Source: Hemiscyllium ocellatum
Taxonomy: Eukaryota
Assembly (NCBI RefSeq): GCF_020745735.1
Contig: NC_083417.1
Span: 29,016,001-29,080,000 of the forward strand
Reading direction: 5' to 3'
DNA: 64,000 nt
Under the pieces are notes generated by a model, which ran no database searches, was not told the DNA's origin, and saw only the letters and a list, made by a program, of their open reading frames with translations. This document shows, one piece after another, positions 51,201-62,700 of this stretch (position 1 is its first letter; each line of letters starts with the position of its first letter). Both the position numbers and the translations under genes were made by a program.

Positions 51201-54200
51201 AATCAGCAAGTCAATGTAATTGCAACTGACTCAGATTCAAACAATTTCAGATTGGATATATTGACACTAGTCATACTACATTTTAGGTTGAAGTTTGTTT
51301 GCAGTAGCCAGCTGTTTTGATAAATTGACCAATCTTAAAATTCGATTTCTGCAATTTCTCCCTGCTCTTCAAATGTCCTTTCCCCATTGTGAAGGAGGGA
51401 ACTCATTTGAGTTTGGCAGTCTATGGACAGTTTTGTTTCAAATAATCTCTCTGGATTTGTGGATGTGGAAGCCATAGCAGTGAAATAGGTTTCTGTCTTC
51501 ACTCATCTTTAAACATAGAAGGTCTTTGTATTCTGATGCCCAACACATTAGCTCTGTTTGAAGAAGCTAACTAAGCATTTTCAGGCAATCAAACCAAAGC
51601 CATCTGGCCTGTGTGGTGGCTCTGTGTGTTACAATGGCAAGGGAGATAGTTGTGAACTGCTTTATGACAAGAAATCCATCGATTAATCTGAAATAACAAT
51701 CTATTCTTAACAACAATTATTTTGACACAGTATTACATTTCTCTCAACTGCCAACTTTTTGTTGTCTTCCTCTTCATTTCTCTTTGCCCCAGTTTCCATT
51801 TCCAGCTTCCAATTTTAATTAATGAGTCTTTTTAAGCAACCAGTCGGGTCTCTGCCTCAGAGTCAGAAGTTCCAGGTTCAAGTCCCACCCTAGGACTTGA
51901 TGGTTAAGAAAAAGTGCATTTATAAGGTTGACAAATGGACTGAGTAATAACTTGCAAACCCTTCTTACAAGAGATTCTCGGTCAGCTACGTGACAGAAAG
52001 AACACTGGACCCTGAACTGTTGCAATTCATAGATCCACAAAATGTAATTTTTATCTCGTGGTGCAGTGCTAGCTTGCCTAGCTCTGAGCCACCAAGCCTG
52101 GGTTCAAATCCCACCTGTTCCAGATGTGTATCATAACATGTCTGAACAGATTGTTTAGAAATATGTTTTAAATGCAAACAAACAAAGAACTGCAGATGTT
52201 GTAATTATCAGAAACAAAAACAGAAATAGCTAGAAATTCTCAGTTCTAATGAAGGGTCTTGGATCTGGAACATTAACTCGGATTTCTCTCCGAAGATGCT
52301 GCCAGTCATACAGTCACAGAGATTTACAGCACAGAAACAGATCCTTTGGTCCAAATCATCCATGTTGACCAGATATCCTAACCTAAGCTAGACATATTTG
52401 TCAGCACTTGGCCCATATCTCTCGAAATCCTTCCTATTCATATACCCACCCAGATGCCTTTTAAATGTTGCAATTGTACCAGCCTCCACCATTTCCTCTG
52501 GCAGCTTGTTCCATACACACACCACCCTCTGCGTGAAAACGTTGGCCCTTAGATCTCTTTTAAACCTTTCCCATCTCACCCTAAACCTATGCCCTCTAGT
52601 TCTGGACTCCCCCACCCATGGGAAAAGACCTTGTGTATTTAGCCTATCCATGTTCCTCATGATTTTATAAATCTCTATCACGTCACCCCTCAGCCGCCAA
52701 CACTCAAGGAAAAACATCACCAACCTATTTAACCCTCTCCATACAGCTGAAATCCTCCAACCCCAGTAAATGTTCTTGAATCCTTTCAAGTTTCACAACA
52801 TCCTTCCGATAAGAGGGAGACCAGAGTTGTACACAATATTCCAAAAGTGGCCTAACTAATGTCTTCTTCAGGCCAACATGACTTCCCAACTCCTATATGC
52901 AAAAAAGGCAACTATACTAAACACCTTCTTCACTATCCAAACCAGCTGCTACTCCACTTTCAAGGAACTTTGAACTTGTACTCCAAGATCTCTTTGTTCA
53001 GCAACACTTCCCAGGACCTTACCATTAAGTGTATAAGTCCTGCTCTGATGTGCCTTTCCGAAAGAAAGCATCTCACATCATGCTGAGATTTCCAGCAATT
53101 TCTGCTTTTGTTTCATATAAAAGTGTGTGCTGCCACAGCAACAACTCGGGTGAACAATTTTACCACAGTGAGCAATATTTAGTTAATAGCTTAGTTACAC
53201 ACATTCAATACTAATGAGTATACATCTCACTTAAAAACTGTAGAAACATGTATACATGTTTGTTTGGCAAACAAATTCCAATTGGTAGAATTTTTTGGTA
53301 CTTTTGAACAGAAAGACTTACATATACTGCACTTGTTTAAACTCAGCAAACAGGGCTCAACCATTCTCTGGTCTTTTTCTCATTTCTCTCATCTAATTAA
53401 CATCTTGACCTATTTAATGTTTAAAAATGACTTGGTGTTTAACTGTCAATCAAATTCAGACTGATGCACATTCTTTGAAAACATCCCTTTAACGACTAGT
53501 CAATCAAATGAGCAAAGTCCACTTGCCAACAATCAGCACTCCCTGTTTAGATGGTATGAATGCTGTTTCCTCGTTACACTTGTATTCTTGTGTATTGCCC
53601 TGATGGTTATCAGATAAAAAACTTTGACAAAATCTGGTTTTTCTAGCAATACTCCGGTTCTTTCTTCACTGTTCTCTGGGAATTAGGAATACAGTGTACA
53701 TAAAACTATCATAGGTAACTCCTAGAAATACAGTTCATAAATTCTTTACATGATTATAAACTGTGCATTTTTTTTTACCTTAGATGGCAGATGAAAGCCT
53801 GCTATGTCGATCAGTGACTCTGGGTGTCTTAAAGTGGTACTCACTTCAACCTAACCAAATAAAGCAAGAACAAATTGGATTTTCAAGAATTACCAATTTT
53901 GTTTGTTCCACTGGCAAGTACATCTATATAAGGTTTCTGTTGCACAAAATATTGGAAGAGAGACATATTTTTAACCACTTTTATATCAACACAGTAATTC
54001 TCTTCAGATTTTTGATAAGCAATAAATTTAGCAATGAAAACATTCCATAACTTAAAGTGCAGGTATTCTGCTAGGCACTTGCCTGAATCACATGCTTACT
54101 TGAAAGTGACATATTTAGGTTATGTTCCAAAAGACTTTGACTTTTCTTTCAAAAAAGGAAAAGGCTCTGCTGAACTGAAAGCAAAAGCCATTTGCCTCTA

Positions 54201-57200
54201 CCTTACAAATCCAAATTTCAAATATAATAACAGTATTTTATACATCTTTATCACAGCAGTCATTTAAATGTACTACAGTAAACTGCTCTATATTTTCCAT
54301 AATGTGGCAAAGTGTCTGCAGTCATTTTGCCTCAAATTGTTACTGGTCAGATAGTAATACAGACAGCCCATCACATGACAAATTACTTACTTTTTGTGCA
54401 GGTTCTTTCTTCAAGTGGCCAATTCCCACAAATTCAGCTTCGAGCTGATAGGTTAATGCCAGAACCTTAATGTCAGTTGCTGAGAGGCTGGGGTAATCTC
54501 CAGTCTTTTTGGAAAACTCAGTCACTGTGAAGACATTTTAAAAAAAGAATAAAATAATGTTTGAATCTTATGACCAAACTTGTGTTTGTACAATACATTT
54601 CACAAACTTAGGACTGCCCCAATATAGTTTTGTATGTCAACAAGTTCACCATTTGATCTCTATATAACAAGGTTCCACAAACAGCAATGAGATTGGTTTA
54701 TCTCTTTTGCTGACTTTGGTGCTCACAACCCTGGTAGAATTCCATGTCTTTCACCAAATAGAAATTTGGGATTTTTAAGTTTTATTGAAGTAGTGATTCT
54801 CAAAGTGTATCTGTGAGCGTCCTCCAGATGATCTCTAAAATGGGTCTAAAACATAATTCACTGAAATGCAATCCCAGGGCTGAACCTGTAGGAGATTGGG
54901 TCAAAATCCTGATTCCCATGTAACCAGACAGTTTCTCTCATGTGCAATATGGCATCGTTGGTGTAAGATATGAGAATGGAGTTTTAAAAGCAATATTTAC
55001 ACTACTGTTACAATATGTAACTGAGAGATCGATTTTCTAACAGGAGGGGCTGAACAAATAAAATGAACTGGCTGAATGTGGAGCCCAGAATAAGGCTGAC
55101 GCTTTCCAGCTTGAATCCAGATATTAGCTCATTGGTATCTCAAAGGCAGGAGCATTCTGCCTCTTATTTCTGATGGATTTTTTTGTGTTGTCTATAAATG
55201 GCAAGTGCGCCCATCCAGTGAATAGACTGTGGGATCTCTTGCCTTCCTAAGTAATTCTCCACCCACCAGACACTGGCCTATAGGGTGATGTGAAGCCACC
55301 TTCCGAGTAACAGATCTGTCAGATTCTAGGTTGGCGGTATTACCCGACAGGGAGAGACTGAGGAGGCTGGTCCTATATTCTCAAGAGTTCAGGATAGGTC
55401 AAGGTGAACTCATTGAAATATACAAGATTCTTAGATGGCCCAAATGGGTCTGGGTGAATGCAAGAAGGATGCTTCCTGTGGCTGCACTCAGATTCGCAGA
55501 ATAAGGGATAAGTTAAGTTATTTGGGACAAAGGTCAGGAAGAATGCCTTCAATCAGAAGGTTCCCTTTGAAATTATCTGCCCCAAGAAGTTATAGAGGAT
55601 CCGACATTGAGTACCGGTACGCCCAAGATAGAAATTGATAAATTTCCTTATATTAAAAGGTACCTGAGAATATGGAGACAGTGCAGGAAAATGGTGAGGC
55701 AGAATCGGAGTCTCAGTAAATGGGATAGCAGATTGAAAGGCCAAATGACCTACTTCTGCTCCTATTTAACTATGTGCTTATTGGTTGGTTTTGTATTGTT
55801 TTTAAGATTGATCAATTTCCATCTCAGGGAAGATGCTTCAAGTCAAATCTGAACCAACAAACTTCTGTCACTAGATGCAGCCCTTCAATGCAAGTTCTGT
55901 TTCAATGACAAAGGGAGCTGCCTCAGATCAATAGTTAAGTGAGGCCTGTATCAGATGTTTGGTCTGCAACATGGTCTTTAGTTTGGATTTGGATTACTGG
56001 TTGGTAACGGAATGAAGTTAAATACTGATTCAGTGAGAAAAGGCGAGAGTCTTTTAGTGAGAAGAGGTGAGAATCTTTCATTGGGTTTTATCAGGACTAA
56101 TAGTGTCTCTACGACAGTGTGGGGTTAGTATCTAGTGATACATGGTGAAGACACGTAGTCAGACAAATTTTCAAAGGAACAATTTTACTTTCGGAATGGT
56201 CACCAAAGGGTGACTGGACCCAAAATGTTAATTCAGCTCTCTCTCCACAAATGCTGTCAGACCTGCTGAGTAATTCCATCAATTTCTTTCAGTGTTAGTG
56301 AAGAACTACCTGCACAACATAATTCAAGAGTTTTCTTTCCTTCACTATAGAAATTGATTTTGTTAAAATCAAACAAAATAAGCAAAAACTTTAGCATGCA
56401 TTTATAAAAGAAATGAAGGTTTTATCATTTATTTTTACACAATAAAGCCCCCCGTCCCCTCCATATTTGGTGGGTGGTGGTGAAGGATGCTTAAATTACT
56501 CACCATGTTGAATATATTCAGGGAATGGTTCCTTAAAATGCAGCTGATATGGCAAAACTGCCAATCTTCGCTTAGTTTCTTTGTCTCGTATTTCATTCAC
56601 AACTTCCTTTAATGTGTAGATGTTTTTTCCAAATTCCTAAAGTCAATAAGATTAACATGTATAATGCAAAAAACTAGCAACTTGGTTAATTTTGTTTTAA
56701 AAATCAACCATTGTTTATTCAGCTCATGCTCAAAGGAAACAATTAAATGTCTTAATTCATTTTACTTAACACTTCCTTCAAAATCTGAGAGCTTAGAATT
56801 CATAGCAGGTTTTGAGAAGATTTGTAGCTCAGGTTGAGGTTCTGGATGTAGGTTTGCTCGCTGAGCTGGAAGGTTCATTTACAGATGTTTCGTCACCCTA
56901 CTAGGTAACATCTTCAGTGGGCCTCAGGCAAAGCCGCGTACATAATTCCTGCTTTCTATTTATATGTGTGGGCTTCTTTGGGTTGATGATGTTATTTCCT
57001 GTGGTGATGTCAATTCCTGTTCTTTTTGTCAGGGTGATGGTAGATGGGGTCTATGTCAATTTGTTTGTTGATAGAGTTCCAACCGGAACAGGAAATGACA
57101 AAATCACAGGAAATAACATCAGCACAGGAAATGGCATCACCAACCCAAAGACACCCAAACATATAAATAGAAAGCAGGAATCATGTACACTGCTTCGCCC

Positions 57201-60200
57201 GAGGCCCACTGAAATGTTACCTAGTAGGGTGACAAAATGTCTGGAAATGAACCACCCAGCTCAGCGAGCAAACCTACATCCAACTTCGAACTCATTTCAA
57301 AATACCCTTTGTTGCAGATGAGTGGAGGGCAACATTAAGACAACTGAGTACAGATTGACATGAGGGATCTCTGTGAAGAGAAGGGTGCTCTCAACGTCCA
57401 TCTCAACTCTTCTCCCTCAACTATTATCAAACACAAATGCATCTCTTTTGATTTTTATGCTACCTTGCTCTAAACAAATTAAAGTCCACATTTGCTTATG
57501 TGAACTTTTCAAAGTTGCACATAGGACATGGCTAAATGCTTTACAATTGTAAAATTTACAATTTTTTGCCAAAACATTTCTCCTTGACATTTTTTTTAAG
57601 AACATACTTGCTTCTTGTACCACACCATCCCATTCTTGCATCCATTTGTTTTTACTAAATTTCATGATTTATCACTATTTTGACATTTAGTTTAGAAAAA
57701 CAGAATATTATTTTTACTTGATTTCCAAGCAACAAGAAAGTTAAGGTAATACTCAGCAGGTCACAAAGCATCTATGGAGTGAGACAAAAAAACTAATATT
57801 TCACATTGATGATCTTCAATGTCCTGATGAAAAAGACATCAACTTGAAACATTTAACTTCATTCTTTTCTATATAGATCCTGCCAGACTTGCTGAGTATT
57901 TACAATATTTTACGTTAGGATGCCTTTTCCATTTTGCCCTTTCTTATTGGTAGAGAATGAATAAATCACTGGTGTAGTCTGAACACAAACAAATGAACAA
58001 ACACTACTAGCATTCATGCATTTACTCTCAACTTAAGTCCCATGTCATGTTAGACAACTTCCAACAAATTACAATATTTCAAATACATTTGGAAATTATA
58101 CAGAATTAATGGATTACTATTTTCTCACTCAAAATTGACTTATGACTTCATATCCTTTAAAAGTCATGTTTTGTTTTATTCATTCATGGGATGAGGGTGT
58201 CATTAGCTAGGCCGGTTTTTAATGCTCATCACCTGGTTACGATAGTGGTGAGCTGCTTTCTTGAACCACTGTAATTTTTAGGGCATCCAACACAGTGCTA
58301 TTAGGAAAGAAATTCCAGGATTTTGACCTAACAGAGTACAGCTCCAAGGCAGGTAAGGTGCTCAGACGGTGGTGTTCCCCTGCATCTGCTACCTTTCTAG
58401 GTGGGAGAGGTTGCAGATTTGGTAGGTGCTGTCAAAGTGATAATTCTATATTGACATTCTACTCAGTAAACATCTGACTGTTCAGTAGTCTGATGACTAA
58501 TTACATTGTATAATGCCCAGACACTGAGTCTAGGATGTACTGATTTGCCAATTTTGAGTGCATGTCTGAAAATGCGATAAATTGCCTCAGCATTTATAAG
58601 CAAATGGGAAAAGAAATGGTTTCATCTTACAGTGAGTGACAACATTATGCTTGTGATGTATCTCAGCTTACAGCAGACAATGCAAGTGTCAAAACGTAGA
58701 TTCATTGAATTGTACAGCACAGAAATAGACCCTTTGGGCCAACTTGTTCACGCCTACCAGATATTCTAAATTAATCTAGTCTCATTTGCCAGCATTTGGT
58801 TCATATCCCTCTAAACCCTTCCTATTCATGTACCCATCCAGATGCCTTTTAAATGTTTTAATTTTACCAGTTTCCACCACTTCCTCTGGCAGCTCATTCC
58901 ATACATATACCACACTATCAAAAAGTTGAACCTGAGGTTCCTTTTGTATCTTTCCCCTCTAATCTTAAATCCATGCCATCTAGTTTTGGACTCCCCTACC
59001 CTATGGAAAAAGACCTTGGCTACTCACTCTATCCATGCCCTTCATGATTTTATAAACCTTTAATGTGACCCCTCAGCTTCCTACGCTCCAAGGAAAATAG
59101 CCACAGACTATTCAGCCTCTCCCTATAGCTCAAATCCTCTAACATCCTAGTCAAATTTTTCTGCACCCTTTCAGGTTTAATATCTTTCCTATAGTAGGGA
59201 GGCCAGAATTAAATGTAATATTCCAGTAGTGGCCTAACCAATGACCTGTAGAGCTGCAAAATGACATCCTGACTCCTACACTCAATGCACTGACCAATAA
59301 AGACCACTATGCTAAATGCCTTTTTCACTACCCTGTAAAATGTGTTGCTGGAAAAGCACAGCAGGTCAGACAGCATCCAAGGAGCAGGAGAATCGACGTT
59401 TCGGGCATAAGCCCTTCTTCAGACTTATGCCCGAAAGATCGATTCTCCTGTTCCTTGGATGCTGCCTGACCTGCTGTGCTTTTCCAGCAACACATTTTTC
59501 AGCTCTGATCTCCAGTATCTGCAGTCCTCACTTTCTCCTTCTTCACTACCCTACCTTTGACTTTACCTTCAAGGAACTATGAACCTGCACCCCAAGGTCT
59601 CTTTGTTTGGCAATACCTAGGACCATATCATTAGTATATAATTCCTGCCTGATTTGCCTTCCAAAATACAACACCTCACATATATCCAAATGAAACTACA
59701 AATTTGACAGAAGTCTAACTTTTAAAATAAGTGTCAGTTTTGTTTCTACTTCTTCATGCAAATCACAATCAATAGATTTATTATAGTAGCAAAATTAAAA
59801 TGCTGTGTCCCACTTATTCGCATGTCATCCAGATTTGAGAGACTAAAGGCTACAGCCACATTAATCCATGAGTTTACAAGAAAGCAAGGGTGTGTGGACA
59901 GACTGGGACCAATTCTGATTCTCAGCTGAATCGTTTGCCAAAACCTGGTATCTAAGCCATTCAAATGAAAAAATACCATTCATGAGGTAACAATTTGCCT
60001 GGCATCCAAACAACTGTACATCAAGTGAAGTCAGCATTATGCGAGAATAAAATTTGGATCTTAAATGAAAATGCCTTATTTTTGTGTGAAATATGAAATG
60101 TGAAATTGAGCTAGAATAAAAATAAACTGTCAAAAATTTATCTGAAGCCACCAGGTTACACATGTGGCAACAGAAGATTGAAAATAAATATCTTTTTCGA

Positions 60201-60841
60201 TAAACTCTTTCATCTTATACCAGAATACCCCAAGGCACTTTTCAGCAATGGCTAATCTGTTGGATTCGGTAGCATGAACAGAACTAATAAATTAAAATCA
60301 GTAGTTTGGTTTGGAAAACTTTGAGATTAACAATGGGCTGTCGCTTGTATCTGACACCGGGTTGAAGATTTATGAAACTCAGCCAAGTGTACAATTGCTG
60401 CAAATGTGTTGCTGGTCAATTGAACCGAATAAATTACACTCACATATAACTCCAGTAGTTAGAAAATCGTCACCTGTTTCATGGACCGTCAGAAAAAGAA
60501 GTGTTTCTCAAATCCTTTTGTTTTTGATTTTTTACTGGCTTGCTCACTTTGCCTTAATGTTAACGGTCACGTGTTCAGTAAGAAATTGCTACATTGAATG
60601 TTTCGGAACGTTCACACTAACAATGTAGCAAGATTCTAAACGAGAGATTGCAAAGGACAGGAAGAGACTGAGCTCAGTCAGTGAGTGCACCCAGGACCTG
60701 AGAACATACACAAACAAAACTGCCAATTTTTGTTACCCTAACCACAAAAGCCCTTAAACATGGCTCACCGACCTGGAGCTGCGCGTTCTTTAAAAAAGCC
60801 CCGGCATCCGCGACAACATGCTCCACTGTAGAGACCGCCAT
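44981..60841 (-). CDS. NOB1: RNA-binding protein NOB1, 20S/18S-E pre-rRNA D-site endonuclease (gene span; 9 coding exons; 437 aa)
   Basis: PIN domain (HVVADAGAF, KKTGDYPSLSATDIKVLAL, TTDFSMQNV), GWITP motif, zinc ribbon CHAC/CPSC; exon sizes 69,133,134,72,186,207,98,145,270 sum to 1314 nt in frame. Confidence 0.97.
45994..46138 (-). CDS. NOB1: NOB1 exon 8
   Basis: CAG|G TTTNMNKTFCPSCGNKTL...NARGLR|GTAGGT. Confidence 0.95.
46730..48500 (+). mobile_element. CR1/HER1 LINE ORF2 3' half, interrupted by an HE1 SINE
   Basis: GVPQGSMLGPILF, KFADD RT motifs (ORF 47347-47943); CTATGACT tail. Confidence 0.93.
47107..47423 (+). mobile_element. HE1-type V-SINE nested in CR1
   Basis: Full head-to-tail copy splitting the CR1 RT region. 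Confidence 0.9.
48785..48882 (-). CDS. NOB1: NOB1 exon 7
   Basis: TTAG|AAT NVLIQMGLHV...ILRCHACF AA|GTAAGT; 98 nt. Confidence 0.95.
50060..50320 (-). mobile_element. CR1/HER1 3' fragment
   Basis: Homologous to 27780-28140 with an internal deletion. Confidence 0.8.
50452..50658 (-). CDS. NOB1: NOB1 exon 6
   Basis: TAG|AAC...DDDDGWITPNNI...GCMTTDFSMQ|GTAATA. Confidence 0.9.
50894..51079 (-). CDS. NOB1: NOB1 exon 5 (NAGNAG acceptor; alternative start 51076)
   Basis: TTTTTATGCAG|CAG; ...EFSTFHYWRNPLPSIEEDLQDFL|GTAAGC. Confidence 0.88.
52307..53080 (-). mobile_element. CR1/HER1 LINE 3' portion
   Basis: ORF 52388-52789 LRGDVIEIYKIM...WNKLPEE. Confidence 0.9.
53779..53850 (-). CDS. NOB1: NOB1 exon 4
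   Basis: TTAG|VEVSTTLRHPESLIDIAGFHLPSK|GTAAAA; 72 nt. Confidence 0.92.
54391..54524 (-). CDS. NOB1: NOB1 exon 3
   Basis: CAG|TG TEFSKKTGDYPSLSATDIKVLALTYQLE...AQK|GTAAGT. Confidence 0.96.
56504..56636 (-). CDS. NOB1: NOB1 exon 2
   Basis: TTAG|EFGKNIYTLKEVVNEIRDKETKRRLAVLPY...G|GTGAGT; 133 nt. Confidence 0.96.
56804..57282 (-). mobile_element. Fold-back PLE element, family B, with hammerhead motifs
   Basis: About 200-bp inverted arms (about 56840-57030 vs 57085-57282); minus-strand CUGAAGA-U-GUUACCU...AGGGUGAC-GAAAC-AUC at 56884-56917. Confidence 0.82.
58700..59700 (-). mobile_element. CR1/HER1 LINE 3' portion interrupted by a fold-back PLE
   Basis: Collinear with 27780-28570. Confidence 0.88.
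59335..59536 (+). mobile_element. Fold-back PLE mini-element, family A
   Basis: Inverted arms joined at the hammerhead; 16-bp TSD CCTT(T/C)TTCACTACCCT at 59319-59334 and 59537-59552. Confidence 0.88.
60773..60841 (-). CDS. NOB1: NOB1 exon 1
   Basis: AAGATGGCGG start; MAVSTVEHVVADAGAFLKNAQLQ|GTCGGT. Confidence 0.93.
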
Positions 60842-61944
60842 CTTCCCTTCTAGCACTACCCAATCACCAGCAGCATTACTCAAACTATACTTTTGAATAA
60901 ACTATCTGTTCATTGGTCAAAACAACAAGTCTAGGCAACTCAACAATTAAACATTGTCGTATTGCTGTTTGTTTTAAATGGGCAAAAGTGGAGGTGTGGA
61001 ATGAAATGTGACAAAAGAACGTAAACAGTATCCAAAAAGATTTATAAATGGTTTTGGTGTCCAGGAAGTTTAATTGAAGACACAAAATATTGCTTAATGG
61101 ATCAGAATTATAAATATATTTTGACAGCTCATTTATTTATTTAAATCGGCATTAAATTCAGACCAAAAAGTTATTTTTCAACTCTTGGAACACGCATTTG
61201 TGATTAGTGTAATAAAAACAGAAAAAAAGAAAAACAAACTCAAATCTGGCAGCATCTGCGTTGAAAATTAAAATTTTAGGTCGAGTTTCTTTCATTGGAA
61301 TTGGGTAAAAATTGAGATGTAATAGTAAACACGAGAAAAGAAGGCGATGGAAAAAAAGTACAAAGGCACATTCTGTGATCGTGGAAGGCAGGAGAGATTA
61401 AATGACAAAAGACAGTTAGGGAGGAGTAATGCTAATATTAAATTTAAAAAAAAACAAGTGAATCAGTGCTTCCGCTGGAGAAAAGTGTTGGTGTGTTAAT
61501 AATTAAAAAGAATGGGTATCGCATCTGCTGCCAGAAAGAGCTATAGGAATGGGAGACGGTGTTGAGGGTGACTGAAAAATGTATCACTCTATTGCACAAG
61601 AAATGGTTCCTTTGCAATGTTTAAAGGGAAGCAAAATATTCGTTTCCTGGTGGCATCTGGCATTTTGGACATCTCCTTGGTTGCCCACAATGTGTTACGT
61701 TTCTAACTGTTTTCAGTTCTGATAGATCATCGGTCAGAAACGATATCTCTGCTTCCCTGTCCTTACTTCACTGAACACCCTTTCCGGTAACGGCCCAATT
61801 CTACAATGATCCTTAAATTAAACGATAACAAAATTCAGCGGATGCTGCAATTCTAAACTACAAAAGAAATTGCTGGAAAAAACTCAGCATTGAATGATAG
61901 AATCCCTACAGCGTGGAAACAGGCTCTTCGACCCAACAAGTTGA

Positions 61945-62220
61945 GGTTTGGAGGGGGAGGTGGGGAGACTTGTGGGATCCACATTGGTGCCCTGGGGTGG
62001 GGGTGTTCTTCCTCCGGGCGTCGGGTGGTGGGGGAGCGGTGGTGGAGGAGACCCAGGACGTATGCTACTTTCTCCCCACCCCCACCCTCCTCTCACTTAT
62101 CTCTCCACCCTTCAGGCACTCTGCCTCTATTTCTGATGGAGGGCTTTTGCCCGAAACGTCGATTTTCCTGCTCCTCGGATGCTGCCTGAACTGCTGTGCT
62201 TTTCCAGCACCACTCTAATC
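61945..62220 (+). mobile_element. Rearranged PLE family A fragment inserted in an HE1 SINE tail
   Basis: Inverted GIY-YIG 3' piece (61945-62060) joined to a pLTR with CTGATGGAGGGCTTTTGCCCGAAACGTC at 62133-62160; flanked by CAACAAGTT / AAACAAGTT. Confidence 0.7.
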
Positions 62221-62454
62221 AAACAAGTTCGTACCGACCCTCCGAAGAGACCCTCCTAGACCCATTCCCTCTACCCGATCTTCCAAGCATCTTGGAGAGG
62301 GAACAGGTCAACTTGAAGTTCTGAAAAAGGGTAATTCCGGATTGTAAGCTCTGTTTCTCTCTTTTTTTACAGATGCTACCAGAACTATTGATTTTCCCCA
62401 GTACTTTCTGCTTTTATTCGTCTCCTCGAACAGTTCTAAGGGTTCTGTCACAGT

Positions 62455-62700
62455 CTGCAGGTTCCGAGCACTGCTCCCTCCCATGCAGAGGGGGCGCTGT
62501 ACCTGGAGGACCGCGGTCACCGTTCGCAGGCGGACGCTTTGAGTGACGCCATCAGCCTGCGCTGTGGTGTTTGTCGCTGTAAAGTTTTTTTGCTGTTGAG
62601 TTTCTAATTTTCAGGTGAAAGGAAATGTAAGACTCGTCGGAAAGGGAAAAGCTCATGAATTCGCGGAAGTTGCTGGAATCAGGATGAAATTTGCAGGTAA
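62455..62700 (+). promoter_or_regulatory. CpG-rich promoter / putative non-coding first exon of the gene divergent from NOB1
   Basis: Local CpG cluster, AGGGGGCGCTG (CTCF-like core), TGACGCCA (CRE-like), possible donor CAG|GTAAAA near 62696; WWP2 identity inferred only from human synteny. Confidence 0.5.

Noticed and set aside
51440-51480. Minus-strand GFHI peptide as candidate NOB1 exon 4
   Set aside because: The true 72-nt exon with splice sites and HPE...GFHLP is at 53779-53850
60842-60883. Upstream in-frame extension of NOB1 (MSNAAGDWVVLEGK)
   Set aside because: Begins at a TTG; NOB1 homology and strong context start at 60841
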